Shown: piece by piece, positions 28,337 through 36,933 of the stretch
Numbering within the stretch: position 1 is the first letter of the stretch
Layout of the letters: each line of letters begins with the position of its first letter
Source of the DNA: Nanobdellota archaeon
GTDB lineage: Archaea > Nanobdellota > Nanobdellia > Pacearchaeales > GW2011-AR1
Assembly (NCBI GenBank): GCA_038046005.1
Contig: JBBSXB010000001.1
Location: 1-64,000, forward strand
Direction: 5' to 3'
Length of the DNA stretch: 64,000 nt
Program-made: the position numbers and the translations under genes
The notes under the pieces: generated by a model
Told to the model about the DNA's origin: nothing
Database searches by the model: none
Seen by the model: the letters and a program-made list of their open reading frames with translations, nothing else

Positions 28337-29074
28337 ATGCTAGTAAAATTAGATAATCCTGTTGTCCTTGCAAAAGCTATTGAACTTATTTCAGAGTTAG
28401 TCACAGAAGTAAGAATAAATGTCAACGAATTCGGACTTTCAATTACTGCAATGGATCCCGCAAATGTTGCAATGGTTGGGTTTAAAGTTCCAAAATCGGC
28501 ATTCAGCCAGTTTGAAGTCGGCAGAGAAATTTTAGGGGTTAATCTTGATTCATTAAAAAAAGTTTTGAGAAGAACAGGTGTTGGAAGTTCTTTGATTATT
28601 GAAAGAAAAGAAAATCTTTTGGAGTTAAAAATACAGGATAGGATAAAAAGAAAATTTTCCCTCAGCCTTATAGACATTGAAGGAGAAGACATTGACTTTG
28701 AGGCAAAAATAAGTAGAATGGAATTTGCGGTAAAAGTAGAATTGTCATCTGAAGATTTGATAGACTCAGTTGAAGACTGTTCCGTTGTCTCTGATTCTTG
28801 TTCCCTGATTGTTCATGAAGGAAATTTTGTAATAGAGTCGAAAGGATTGAACTCTGCACGAGCCGAGTTTTCCGGAGACGAAGCCACGATTCATGGGGAA
28901 AGCTGCAAATCAAAATATAGTTTGGAATATCTTTCTAAATTTATTAAGGGGGCAAAATTGTGCGAGAGAACTTTGATAAGTTTTGCGGACGACCATCCAT
29001 TAAAAATGGATTTCAAGCCCGCGGGAATGGAATTAAGTTTTGTTCTTGCTCCAAGAGTTGAGACTGAGGATTAG
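28337..29074 (+). CDS. pcn: PCNA sliding clamp
   Basis: AMDPANVAM, YSLEYL, DHPL, FVLAPR. Confidence 0.97.
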   Translation: MLVKLDNPVVLAKAIELISELVTEVRINVNEFGLSITAMDPANVAMVGFKVPKSAFSQFEVGREILGVNLDSLKKVLRRTGVGSSLIIERKENLLELKIQDRIKRKFSLSLIDIEGEDIDFEAKISRMEFAVKVELSSEDLIDSVEDCSVVSDSCSLIVHEGNFVIESKGLNSARAEFSGDEATIHGESCKSKYSLEYLSKFIKGAKLCERTLISFADDHPLKMDFKPAGMELSFVLAPRVETED

Positions 29075-29119
29075 ACATATAAAGAAAGAATTTTTAAACA
29101 AAAATATCTTAGTAGGAAC

Positions 29120-29953
29120 ATGAAAAAAGAGGGTAAAAGAGTAAACTCGCGCCTTGACTTTGAAATGGATGGAAAAATTTTGGCAAAGTCAAAACGCTCG
29201 CAGGTCACTATATTTATTATAATTGCAGTGGTTATTGTTGCATTAGTAGTTTTAATTTTTATGATTTATCCAAAAATAAAAAACACAACAATTAGCGAAG
29301 AAAATCCTTATTCGTTTATGCAAAGCTGTATGCAGGATAAGCTAAAAGAAAGCGTTGAATCAGTTTCTTCACAGGGCGGTTCTGTATCTCCGGAAAAATA
29401 TTTTCTTTATAACAATAGCAAGATAGACTATCTTTGTTACACTAATGAATATTACAAACCCTGTGTTGTCCAGCAACCATTCGTAAGCAGCCACATAGAA
29501 GACGAAATTAACAATAACATAAAAGACTATATGAATACTTGTTTGAATAATTTACAAACCAATTTCCAGAAAAAAGGATATACCGTCAGTTTGAAAAAAG
29601 GTAGTTCCAGCGTTGAGCTGTTGCCTAAAAGAGTTGTAGCAAGAACAAATTCAACTTTGACTTTGACAAAGGGAAATTCTCAGAATTATAATGAGTTTAA
29701 TATTATTTTGAATAATAATCTTTATGAACTTGCATCAATTGCAAGCAGCATAGTAAAGTGGGAAACAAATTATGGAGATGCTGAAACGACGCTGTATATG
29801 ACTTATTACAAGGATTTGAAAGTCGAAAAATACAAGCAGAGTGAAGGGACAAAAGTTTACATCTTGACTGACAGGAACACTGGAAATAAATTTCAATTCG
29901 CAACAAGAAGCGTTGCATGGCCATCTGGATATGGCACAGGAGAAACAGTTTAA
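29120..29953 (+). CDS. Class III signal peptide (pilin-like) protein
   Basis: KRS/QVTIFIIIAVVIV. Confidence 0.75.
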   Translation: MKKEGKRVNSRLDFEMDGKILAKSKRSQVTIFIIIAVVIVALVVLIFMIYPKIKNTTISEENPYSFMQSCMQDKLKESVESVSSQGGSVSPEKYFLYNNSKIDYLCYTNEYYKPCVVQQPFVSSHIEDEINNNIKDYMNTCLNNLQTNFQKKGYTVSLKKGSSSVELLPKRVVARTNSTLTLTKGNSQNYNEFNIILNNNLYELASIASSIVKWETNYGDAETTLYMTYYKDLKVEKYKQSEGTKVYILTDRNTGNKFQFATRSVAWPSGYGTGETV

Positions 29954-31764
29954 TGAAGAATGAAATTAGATTAATGATTTTCTTTGCAATAATAATAGTT
30001 AGCCTGGGCTATGTTTCAAGTATAGGAGTTTCTTATTGTTGTGAAAAAACAACAGATGGAGCTTGGTGTCAAAGTGTAGACAGCAGAGATAAATGCGCGA
30101 CAGGAAATGGCTTAAGTGCTCCTGCACCAACATCCTGCGAGTCAACAGCATATTGTAAATTGGGAACTTGTATTGACAGCCAAAAAGGAGAATGTATGGA
30201 AAATACTCCCCAGCAAAAATGTCAGCAAAGCGGAGGTTTATGGGATGCAAGAGCCCCTGATGAAATTCCACAATGCAGACTTGGATGTTGCCTTATTGGG
30301 GATCAGGCCGCTTTCACGACACAAACATCTTGTAAACAACTTTCTTCTTTGTATGGATTAGAAACAAATTACAGAACAGACATAACTAATGAAGTAACGT
30401 GCATTGCAAGTGCAACATCCGAAGACAAAGGAGCTTGTGTTTTTGAACAAGATTCTGCGAAAACCTGCAAGTTCTTAACACAAAAAGAATGCAGCGACAT
30501 TTCAAAACAAAATTCAAATGTAAGTTTCCACAAAGATTTTTTATGCTCCGCTGAGGAACTTGGAACTAACTGCGGGCCTACATCAAACAATCCAAAAACA
30601 ACATGTGTTGAAGGAGAAGATCAAGTTTATTTTTTAGACACTTGCGGGAATTTAGCCAACATTTATGATGCTTCAAAAATAAAAGACAAATTGTACTGGA
30701 CAAAAATTGTTCCAAAAGAAAATAGTTGTGGAAATGGTTCAAGAACTGGAAATGCGGAATCAGCTACTTGTGGAAATTGTGATTATTATTCTGGAAGCAC
30801 GTGCAAGAGTTTTGACAGACAACAAGATGTAAGAAGCCCGCAATATGGAAATAATATATGCAGAGATTTATCATGCACATATCAAAATAAAAAATATCAG
30901 CATGGTGAAACGTGGTGTGCCGATTCTGGAGGAGTGAGCAAGATAACAGCAGATGAGAAAGGGAATTTATTGAGTATCACGGGACAAGATTTGCCTGGAG
31001 GAAGTTATACAAGACTTACTTGCTATAATAGCGAAGTGACTGCAGAACCATGCGCTGAATTCAGGCAGGAGGTTTGTGTCCAGTCTGATTTGCAAACTTC
31101 TAATGAAGTTTTTAGAAATGCAGCATGCAAGAAAAATTATTGGGAACAATGTTTGAATAAAACAAACGAAGATGATTGCGACAATCCTGAATTAGGAGAC
31201 TGTAAATGGATAAATTCTGGAGAGTTAAAATCTGATTTGAGTGATGGTGATAAGGAAGACTTGAATAAAATAGTAAAAGCAAAACCAGGCCAGATAACAA
31301 AAACATATTTAGATAATGGGAAAATCGAGGAGGGAATAAATGCGTTTATCTCAGCAAAAGGAGCTTTAAGTTTTGGAGGAGATTTAAATACGATTGGAAA
31401 TTTCGATGAAGAAAAATATTTCCAGTTTGTTTGTGTTCCAAAATATGCTCCAGGTTATGATTTAAATCCTAAATCTGATTTAGAAGTTGGAAAAACGCAG
31501 GCAAGCTGTGCCTTAGCAACTTCAAGTTGCACAATAATTTATTCAGATAGCGTTACAGGAAGGACTAGCAGAACAAAAGATGATTGCGATCCTAAAAATG
31601 GAACTTGTCAGTGTCTTCCTGAAGACGGGCCATGGCTTCTTTATAGGGCAAACATGTGCCAGAGTTTGGGAGATTGTGGATATAAAGTAAGCTATCAAGG
31701 AACAGATAGTAATCAAAAAAACTGGTGGGATTTCATATGGAGGAGTGCATTCCAAGATGCTTAA
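29953..31764 (+). CDS. Large Cys-rich secreted protein
   Basis: Signal peptide; very Cys-rich throughout; TAATG coupling to the upstream gene. Confidence 0.8.
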   Translation: MKNEIRLMIFFAIIIVSLGYVSSIGVSYCCEKTTDGAWCQSVDSRDKCATGNGLSAPAPTSCESTAYCKLGTCIDSQKGECMENTPQQKCQQSGGLWDARAPDEIPQCRLGCCLIGDQAAFTTQTSCKQLSSLYGLETNYRTDITNEVTCIASATSEDKGACVFEQDSAKTCKFLTQKECSDISKQNSNVSFHKDFLCSAEELGTNCGPTSNNPKTTCVEGEDQVYFLDTCGNLANIYDASKIKDKLYWTKIVPKENSCGNGSRTGNAESATCGNCDYYSGSTCKSFDRQQDVRSPQYGNNICRDLSCTYQNKKYQHGETWCADSGGVSKITADEKGNLLSITGQDLPGGSYTRLTCYNSEVTAEPCAEFRQEVCVQSDLQTSNEVFRNAACKKNYWEQCLNKTNEDDCDNPELGDCKWINSGELKSDLSDGDKEDLNKIVKAKPGQITKTYLDNGKIEEGINAFISAKGALSFGGDLNTIGNFDEEKYFQFVCVPKYAPGYDLNPKSDLEVGKTQASCALATSSCTIIYSDSVTGRTSRTKDDCDPKNGTCQCLPEDGPWLLYRANMCQSLGDCGYKVSYQGTDSNQKNWWDFIWRSAFQDA

Positions 31765-33787
31765 AAAAAATAAAAGATTGGGTTTGGTGTTAACGCAGAT
31801 AATAATTCTTGTATTGGGAACAATCGCAATAAGTTATGCTCTTGGGAGTGAAGTGAGAGTTGTGAGTGCTGGAACCACTGATCCTAATGACCTTCCCCCA
31901 AAAGCTCCAGTTGCAGTAAATCCAACAAATGTAGCAAAAGATGTGGCTACAGGAGTCCCTGCAGCAGGTTTTAAAAAATTTATAGGAAATGCTTTTGGGC
32001 CAATAAAAGGAGGATTTAATGGATTTGTAACGGCAGTAGGTTACGCTGCTGCTTTAGGAGCTATAGCAGGATTAACAGCAAAACTATTTGGAGCAAGCAG
32101 TGCAGAAGCAAGTGCAATAGGCAAAGGAGTTGGATTTGGATATCTTGGATTTAAACTTACTTTAACTTTCGTGAAATTTATAGGAGTTGCCGGACCAGCT
32201 GCACCAATCGTTGCAGCAGCAGTTGCTGTTGCCATATTCTTGGGTTTTTTATTTGGAACAAAAGACTACAAACAAGAGACAGTTGTTTTCCAGTGTCTTC
32301 CTTGGCAGCCACAAGCTGGAGGAGACGATTGCAATAAATGCAACACTCAAATTTTGCCTTGCAGCGAATATCAATGTAAGTCTCTTGGAGTTAGCTGTGA
32401 ATTAATAAACAAGGGCACGAATAAACAAAAGTGCTTTGCGACAAAGGCAAATGATGTGAAAGCTCCTGAAATAACTCCTGCAATAGAATTTTTGACTAAT
32501 GGATTTATTTATAATCCAATTGAATCTAATAACTTTGGAGATAGAGGAGTAACAATTCAGAACACCGCACCCCCAACTAAATGTGTAAAAGCTTTCCAAT
32601 CATTCACATTCGGATTTAAGACAGACGAACCTGCACAGTGCAAAGTTAGTACAACAAGACAAAAAAGCTTCAATGAAATGCCAAATATATATGTTGGAAG
32701 CAATTATTGGACACTAAATCACACTATGTCAATGTCTTTCCCAAGCAAAGAATCTTTAGATGCTGAAAACATAACACTACAAAATGGGGGGCAGTTTAGC
32801 CTTTATGTCAGGTGTCTCGATCAAAGTCCAAATAAAAATGCCAACACGGCTGACTTTGTCTTCAAATATTGTGTTGAAAATGGACCAGACACAACGCCCC
32901 CATATATCGTGACAACAAATATTTTAGATAAAACTCCTGTCGCTTTCGGTCAGAGTTCTGTGGATGTCAACTTCTACATTAACGAGCCTGCTGAATGCAG
33001 ATGGACACATGATATTGACAAATCATTTGACAATATGGAAGGAACAATGAGCTGTGCGCAAAGAGTCACAGAATTTAATGTCCAGAATGTTTATCCATGC
33101 AAGGCTACATTAACAGGAATAAAAGATTCACAAGAAAATAAATTTTACATTAAATGTAAAGACAAACCTTTTTCAACAGGCAACAGAAACACAATGGCCC
33201 AAGGATATTCTTTCACTTTGATAGGAACAAAGCCTTTAGTCATAAGCGATATTGGCCCTAATGGAACAGTAAAAGATTCAACAGAAGCTGTGAAGGTTAC
33301 ATTAAGAGTTGAGACCACTGCAGGATACAAAGACGGACAAGCAACATGCTTCTACAGCGATACAGAAAATGAAAAGGACTACAATCAGTTTTACCCTACC
33401 ACTGGCGGAAACACTCATGCTCAAGATTTATGGTTACCTACAGGAAGTTACAAGTATTTTATAAAATGTGTTGACTTGGGAGGAAACATAGACACTAACT
33501 TCACAGAGTTTAATGTTGAAAGCGATAATCAAGCCCCATTAGTTGTAAGAGCTTATCACGAAGATGATTTATTAAAACTGATAACAAATGAAGAAGGGAA
33601 ATGTGTTTATTCAACCAGCGATTGCACTTATATCTTTGACGACGGACAGATTCTTAACAGCTTTGAAAAGAAAGAATTTTCAATAGGCTGGGATTCAAAA
33701 AGAACCTATTACATAAAATGCGAAGACCAATATGGAAATCAGCCATCACCAAATATGTGCAGTATAGTTGTAAGACCTTTGAATTGA
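31757..33787 (+). CDS. Secreted protein with Gly/Ala-rich hydrophobic region, Cys module and repeated Ig-like domains
   Basis: N-terminal TM; AVGYAAALGAIAG..AAAVAVAIF; repeated T.E.A.C / YY.KC.D..GN units. Confidence 0.8.
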   Translation: MLKKNKRLGLVLTQIIILVLGTIAISYALGSEVRVVSAGTTDPNDLPPKAPVAVNPTNVAKDVATGVPAAGFKKFIGNAFGPIKGGFNGFVTAVGYAAALGAIAGLTAKLFGASSAEASAIGKGVGFGYLGFKLTLTFVKFIGVAGPAAPIVAAAVAVAIFLGFLFGTKDYKQETVVFQCLPWQPQAGGDDCNKCNTQILPCSEYQCKSLGVSCELINKGTNKQKCFATKANDVKAPEITPAIEFLTNGFIYNPIESNNFGDRGVTIQNTAPPTKCVKAFQSFTFGFKTDEPAQCKVSTTRQKSFNEMPNIYVGSNYWTLNHTMSMSFPSKESLDAENITLQNGGQFSLYVRCLDQSPNKNANTADFVFKYCVENGPDTTPPYIVTTNILDKTPVAFGQSSVDVNFYINEPAECRWTHDIDKSFDNMEGTMSCAQRVTEFNVQNVYPCKATLTGIKDSQENKFYIKCKDKPFSTGNRNTMAQGYSFTLIGTKPLVISDIGPNGTVKDSTEAVKVTLRVETTAGYKDGQATCFYSDTENEKDYNQFYPTTGGNTHAQDLWLPTGSYKYFIKCVDLGGNIDTNFTEFNVESDNQAPLVVRAYHEDDLLKLITNEEGKCVYSTSDCTYIFDDGQILNSFEKKEFSIGWDSKRTYYIKCEDQYGNQPSPNMCSIVVRPLN

Positions 33788-33840
33788 TAAAATTGCGCAT
33801 ATTTCAATAATTTTATAAGTAATGAATAATTATTCTAATT

Positions 33841-34269
33841 ATGAGAAATAAAAAAGCAGCTATGGAGCTTTCTTTCGGGATGATTTTTTCTATAATATTA
33901 ATTATAGCATTTGTGGTTTTCGCTTTCTGGGGAATAAAAAAATTTATTGATTTGCAAAAAACAGCGCAAGTAGGGATATTCATAGACGACGTTAAAAATG
34001 ATGTTGATAGAATTTGGAAATCTTCGCAAAGCTCTGAGAAAAAAACATATTCACTTCCTTCAAAGATAGAAAAAGTCTGCTTTTCACAAAATTCTGAGAT
34101 TTATTTTGAACCACCTGGAAGCGGAGGAAATTTTGATTATACTCCAGTAGACCATATTAATATCCAACAACCAGACTCGGGAGATTTTTGTGTCAACAAT
34201 ATTCAAGGCAAGGTTTACTTAACATTAAAAAAAAGCTTTGACGAAAATTTGGTGAATGTAAACAGGTAA
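33841..34269 (+). CDS. Pilin-like class III signal peptide protein
   Basis: KKA/AMELSFGMIFSIIL. Confidence 0.75.
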   Translation: MRNKKAAMELSFGMIFSIILIIAFVVFAFWGIKKFIDLQKTAQVGIFIDDVKNDVDRIWKSSQSSEKKTYSLPSKIEKVCFSQNSEIYFEPPGSGGNFDYTPVDHINIQQPDSGDFCVNNIQGKVYLTLKKSFDENLVNVNR

Positions 34270-34273
34270 AAAT

Positions 34274-35215
34274 ATGACAAAAATCGGCAAACAAGGTTTT
34301 TTAGAAATGTCTTTTAGCTGGATGTTTGCCCTTATCGTAGGAGCTTTCATACTTTTTTTAGCGATATTTTTTATTGTTAAATTCGTGAACACAGAGCAAA
34401 CTTCAAGCGACGTTCAGGCAAGCAAAAGTTTGGGAATCATCACAAACCCTCTGGAAACTCTTTCTGGTGAATCAAAAGTCACGTTATTGGCTTTAAACTC
34501 TCAAACAAAGATTTATGACAGCTGTCAAGGTTCTGGAGAATTTGGAGAACAATTAGTAAGAGTTAATCAACAAGCTTTAGGAAAATATTCTGATTCTGCT
34601 TTAGAATCAAGTTTCGAAAACAAATATTTCTTTTCTGAAAGCATAATTGAAGATAAAAATTTTTATCTTTTTTCAAAACCATTTGAATTTCCATTCAAAG
34701 TTGCAGATCTTATTTACATAATCCCCCAAACAAAAATCTATTGTTTTGTGAAGCCGCCAAAAGACATTAGCGACGAGATAAATAACCTGGGAATAAAAAG
34801 CATAATTAATGTGTCAAAACAAGCAGATTGCGGCCAGAATAGCATTGATGTTTGTTTTGAAGAAAATTGTGGCATAAATGTAAATTACAATTTAGGATAT
34901 GTCCAAAAAGGAAGCGATAGGCTTTATTTTGAAGGATTAGACAAAGGAAATGCGTTAATGTATGGGGCAATTTTTTCTGAAAAAAGTTTTTACGAATGCC
35001 AAGTTAAAAGGCTTATGAAAAAAACTGAAAAGCTTGCTGAGGTGTATGAGTCAAAAAAAGGAATTGTTCAACCGAATGGGTGCGATTCAAATGTTAATTT
35101 TGACTCTTTAAAAAGTTCCATTTCAAGCTATAAAGATTCTTCAGATTTAACTCCAATGATTTTTAGCGTGAATGAAATCAAGAAAAATAATGTAGGGGTG
35201 TGCAGATTATGGTAA
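34274..35215 (+). CDS. Pilin-like class III signal peptide protein
   Basis: KQG/FLEMSFSWMFALIVG. Confidence 0.75.
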   Translation: MTKIGKQGFLEMSFSWMFALIVGAFILFLAIFFIVKFVNTEQTSSDVQASKSLGIITNPLETLSGESKVTLLALNSQTKIYDSCQGSGEFGEQLVRVNQQALGKYSDSALESSFENKYFFSESIIEDKNFYLFSKPFEFPFKVADLIYIIPQTKIYCFVKPPKDISDEINNLGIKSIINVSKQADCGQNSIDVCFEENCGINVNYNLGYVQKGSDRLYFEGLDKGNALMYGAIFSEKSFYECQVKRLMKKTEKLAEVYESKKGIVQPNGCDSNVNFDSLKSSISSYKDSSDLTPMIFSVNEIKKNNVGVCRLW

Positions 35216-35727
35216 AAAAATCAAAACGTTCACAAATGAAAATACAGCAAACTGCATTTATGCTGATAGCTGTGACTTTGCTTTTTGTTTTGGCTGGAGT
35301 TTTTTTTCTTGGATTCAAACTTTCAGGCCTTAAAAAACAGGCACTTTCTTTGGAAGAGAACAATGCGTTGCTTTTAGTATCAAAGTTAGCCAACTCGCCT
35401 GAATTCTCTTGTGAAAATGCTTTCGGAACAAAAAGAACAAATTGTGTTGACGAAGATAAAGTTATGGCTTTAAAAAATAATGAAGGCTACGCAGGATTTT
35501 GGGGCAAATCAAATATTGAGATAAGGAAAATCGGGAGTAGCGAAAAAGAATGCACAATTGCAAATTACCCCGATTGTGATGTGATAAAGATAGCAGATGG
35601 GAAACAAGGTGGGGCATATGTTGGAAATTTTGTGGCGTTATGCAGAAAAGCTAATGTTAATGGATATATTGAAGATAAATGTGAAGTTGCGAAACTTTTA
35701 GTTAGTTATGGAGTTCAAAATGGGTAG
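35209..35727 (+). CDS. Pilin-like class III signal peptide protein
   Basis: KRS/QMKIQQTAFMLIAV. Confidence 0.7.
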   Translation: MVKKSKRSQMKIQQTAFMLIAVTLLFVLAGVFFLGFKLSGLKKQALSLEENNALLLVSKLANSPEFSCENAFGTKRTNCVDEDKVMALKNNEGYAGFWGKSNIEIRKIGSSEKECTIANYPDCDVIKIADGKQGGAYVGNFVALCRKANVNGYIEDKCEVAKLLVSYGVQNG

Positions 35728-36202
35728 AAAAAACAAAGCGCAGGAAGAGATGGTAGGGTTTGGATTGATAATAGCCCTAGTGGCAATAATATTACTTGTT
35801 TTTTTATGGTTCTCTTTTTCTAATTCAAAAAAAGAGACAGTTCAAAGCTATGAAGCGGAAAGTTTTGTCCAAGCTGCCCTGCAATATAGTTCTGAATGTC
35901 AGGATTCAAGAGGAAACTTCATGGATGTGGAAGATTTGATATCTGCCTGTTACAAAAAGATTAAATGTTCGGATGAAAAAGATACCTGTCAGGTTCTTAA
36001 CTCTAGTCTGGCTACTATCTTGAAAGATTCTTGGAAAGTAGAGAAAAACAGCCCAATAAAAGGTTATGAGATGAATATCAGTGTGAATGGGGAGGGAGTC
36101 TTTTATGCAAAAGAAGGGAACTCTACTGCAGAAAGTAAGGGAGCGATTCAAGCACTTCCAACCGGGAAAAGTGCAGAGATAGTGTTTAATGCATATTACT
36201 AA
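35720..36202 (+). CDS. Pilin-like class III signal peptide protein
   Basis: KNKA/QEEMVGFGLIIALV. Confidence 0.75.
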   Translation: MGRKNKAQEEMVGFGLIIALVAIILLVFLWFSFSNSKKETVQSYEAESFVQAALQYSSECQDSRGNFMDVEDLISACYKKIKCSDEKDTCQVLNSSLATILKDSWKVEKNSPIKGYEMNISVNGEGVFYAKEGNSTAESKGAIQALPTGKSAEIVFNAYY

Positions 36203-36552
36203 ACTTTGAAGTGAAGCGTGATTGTATCAACAATTATTTCTGGTTTATGCCTTGTTCTGCTCGTGCCTTTTTCCTCAATAAAGTCTATGAAACCAAATCT
36301 TTCAAGCAATTTAAGGTCTTCATAAACTGACTTAAAATTTCTCTTTAAAATTTTGGCGAGCTCATATATAGAGTTAGGCTTTTGATATTTTATAACATGA
36401 AGAATCCTTGCTTTTTCATTGCTTAGCAACCTTCGTAAGGTTGAGATACCTTCAAAGTCATAATCTTGCTTTGTAGTCTCTGACTTTTTAAAAAAAGAAA
36501 ACACTCCTTCCTCTTCAACAATTGTAATTTCTCTAGTCTTTATTTTTGACAT
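36199..36552 (-). CDS. Winged-HTH transcriptional regulator
   Basis: PNSIYELAKILKRNFKSVYEDLKLLERFGFI. Confidence 0.85.
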   Translation of the reverse strand: MSKIKTREITIVEEEGVFSFFKKSETTKQDYDFEGISTLRRLLSNEKARILHVIKYQKPNSIYELAKILKRNFKSVYEDLKLLERFGFIDFIEEKGTSRTRHKPEIIVDTITLHFKV

Positions 36553-36556
36553 TTGA

Positions 36557-36626
36557 ATATATGTTTTATTTTATCATATATCCCAAAATGGGTTTTTGAA
36601 AATATATGTTCTTTCAAAACATATGT
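36557..36626. promoter_or_regulatory. Two tandem palindromes ATATATG-N11-CATATRT (candidate operator)
   Basis: 36557-36581 and 36602-36626, identical spacing, directly upstream of the HTH start codon. Confidence 0.55.
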
Positions 36627-36810
36627 ATTGTATTAAACCATACATATTAATAAATCTTTCTGTTTAAAACAATAAGATACCACTAAAAGCCGTAGTAATG
36701 AGGTAGTGACAGCATAACCTTTATAAATAAACCTAAAGAAATAAAGCATTCTAACAAAAAGGGGTGAAAAATGTACAATAAGCTTTTTAAAGGAAAGCTG
36801 CTTAAGTCAT

Positions 36811-36933
36811 TCACACCTCTTAGTTGAGGTTATAGAATTAGTAGCTATAGAGAGGGCGAACACCTCTATAACAAACAGAGGGGTTGTCTTAGACAACATG
36901 GTCATATAGGTGAAAGGAGGTTATTAAAAAATA
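36811..36933 (+). promoter_or_regulatory. Long structured 5' UTR and strong SD of the S-layer gene
   Basis: TTTTTAAA at ~36784; stems GTTATAGA/TCTATAAC and GTTGTC/GACAAC; GAAAGGAGG. Confidence 0.55.
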
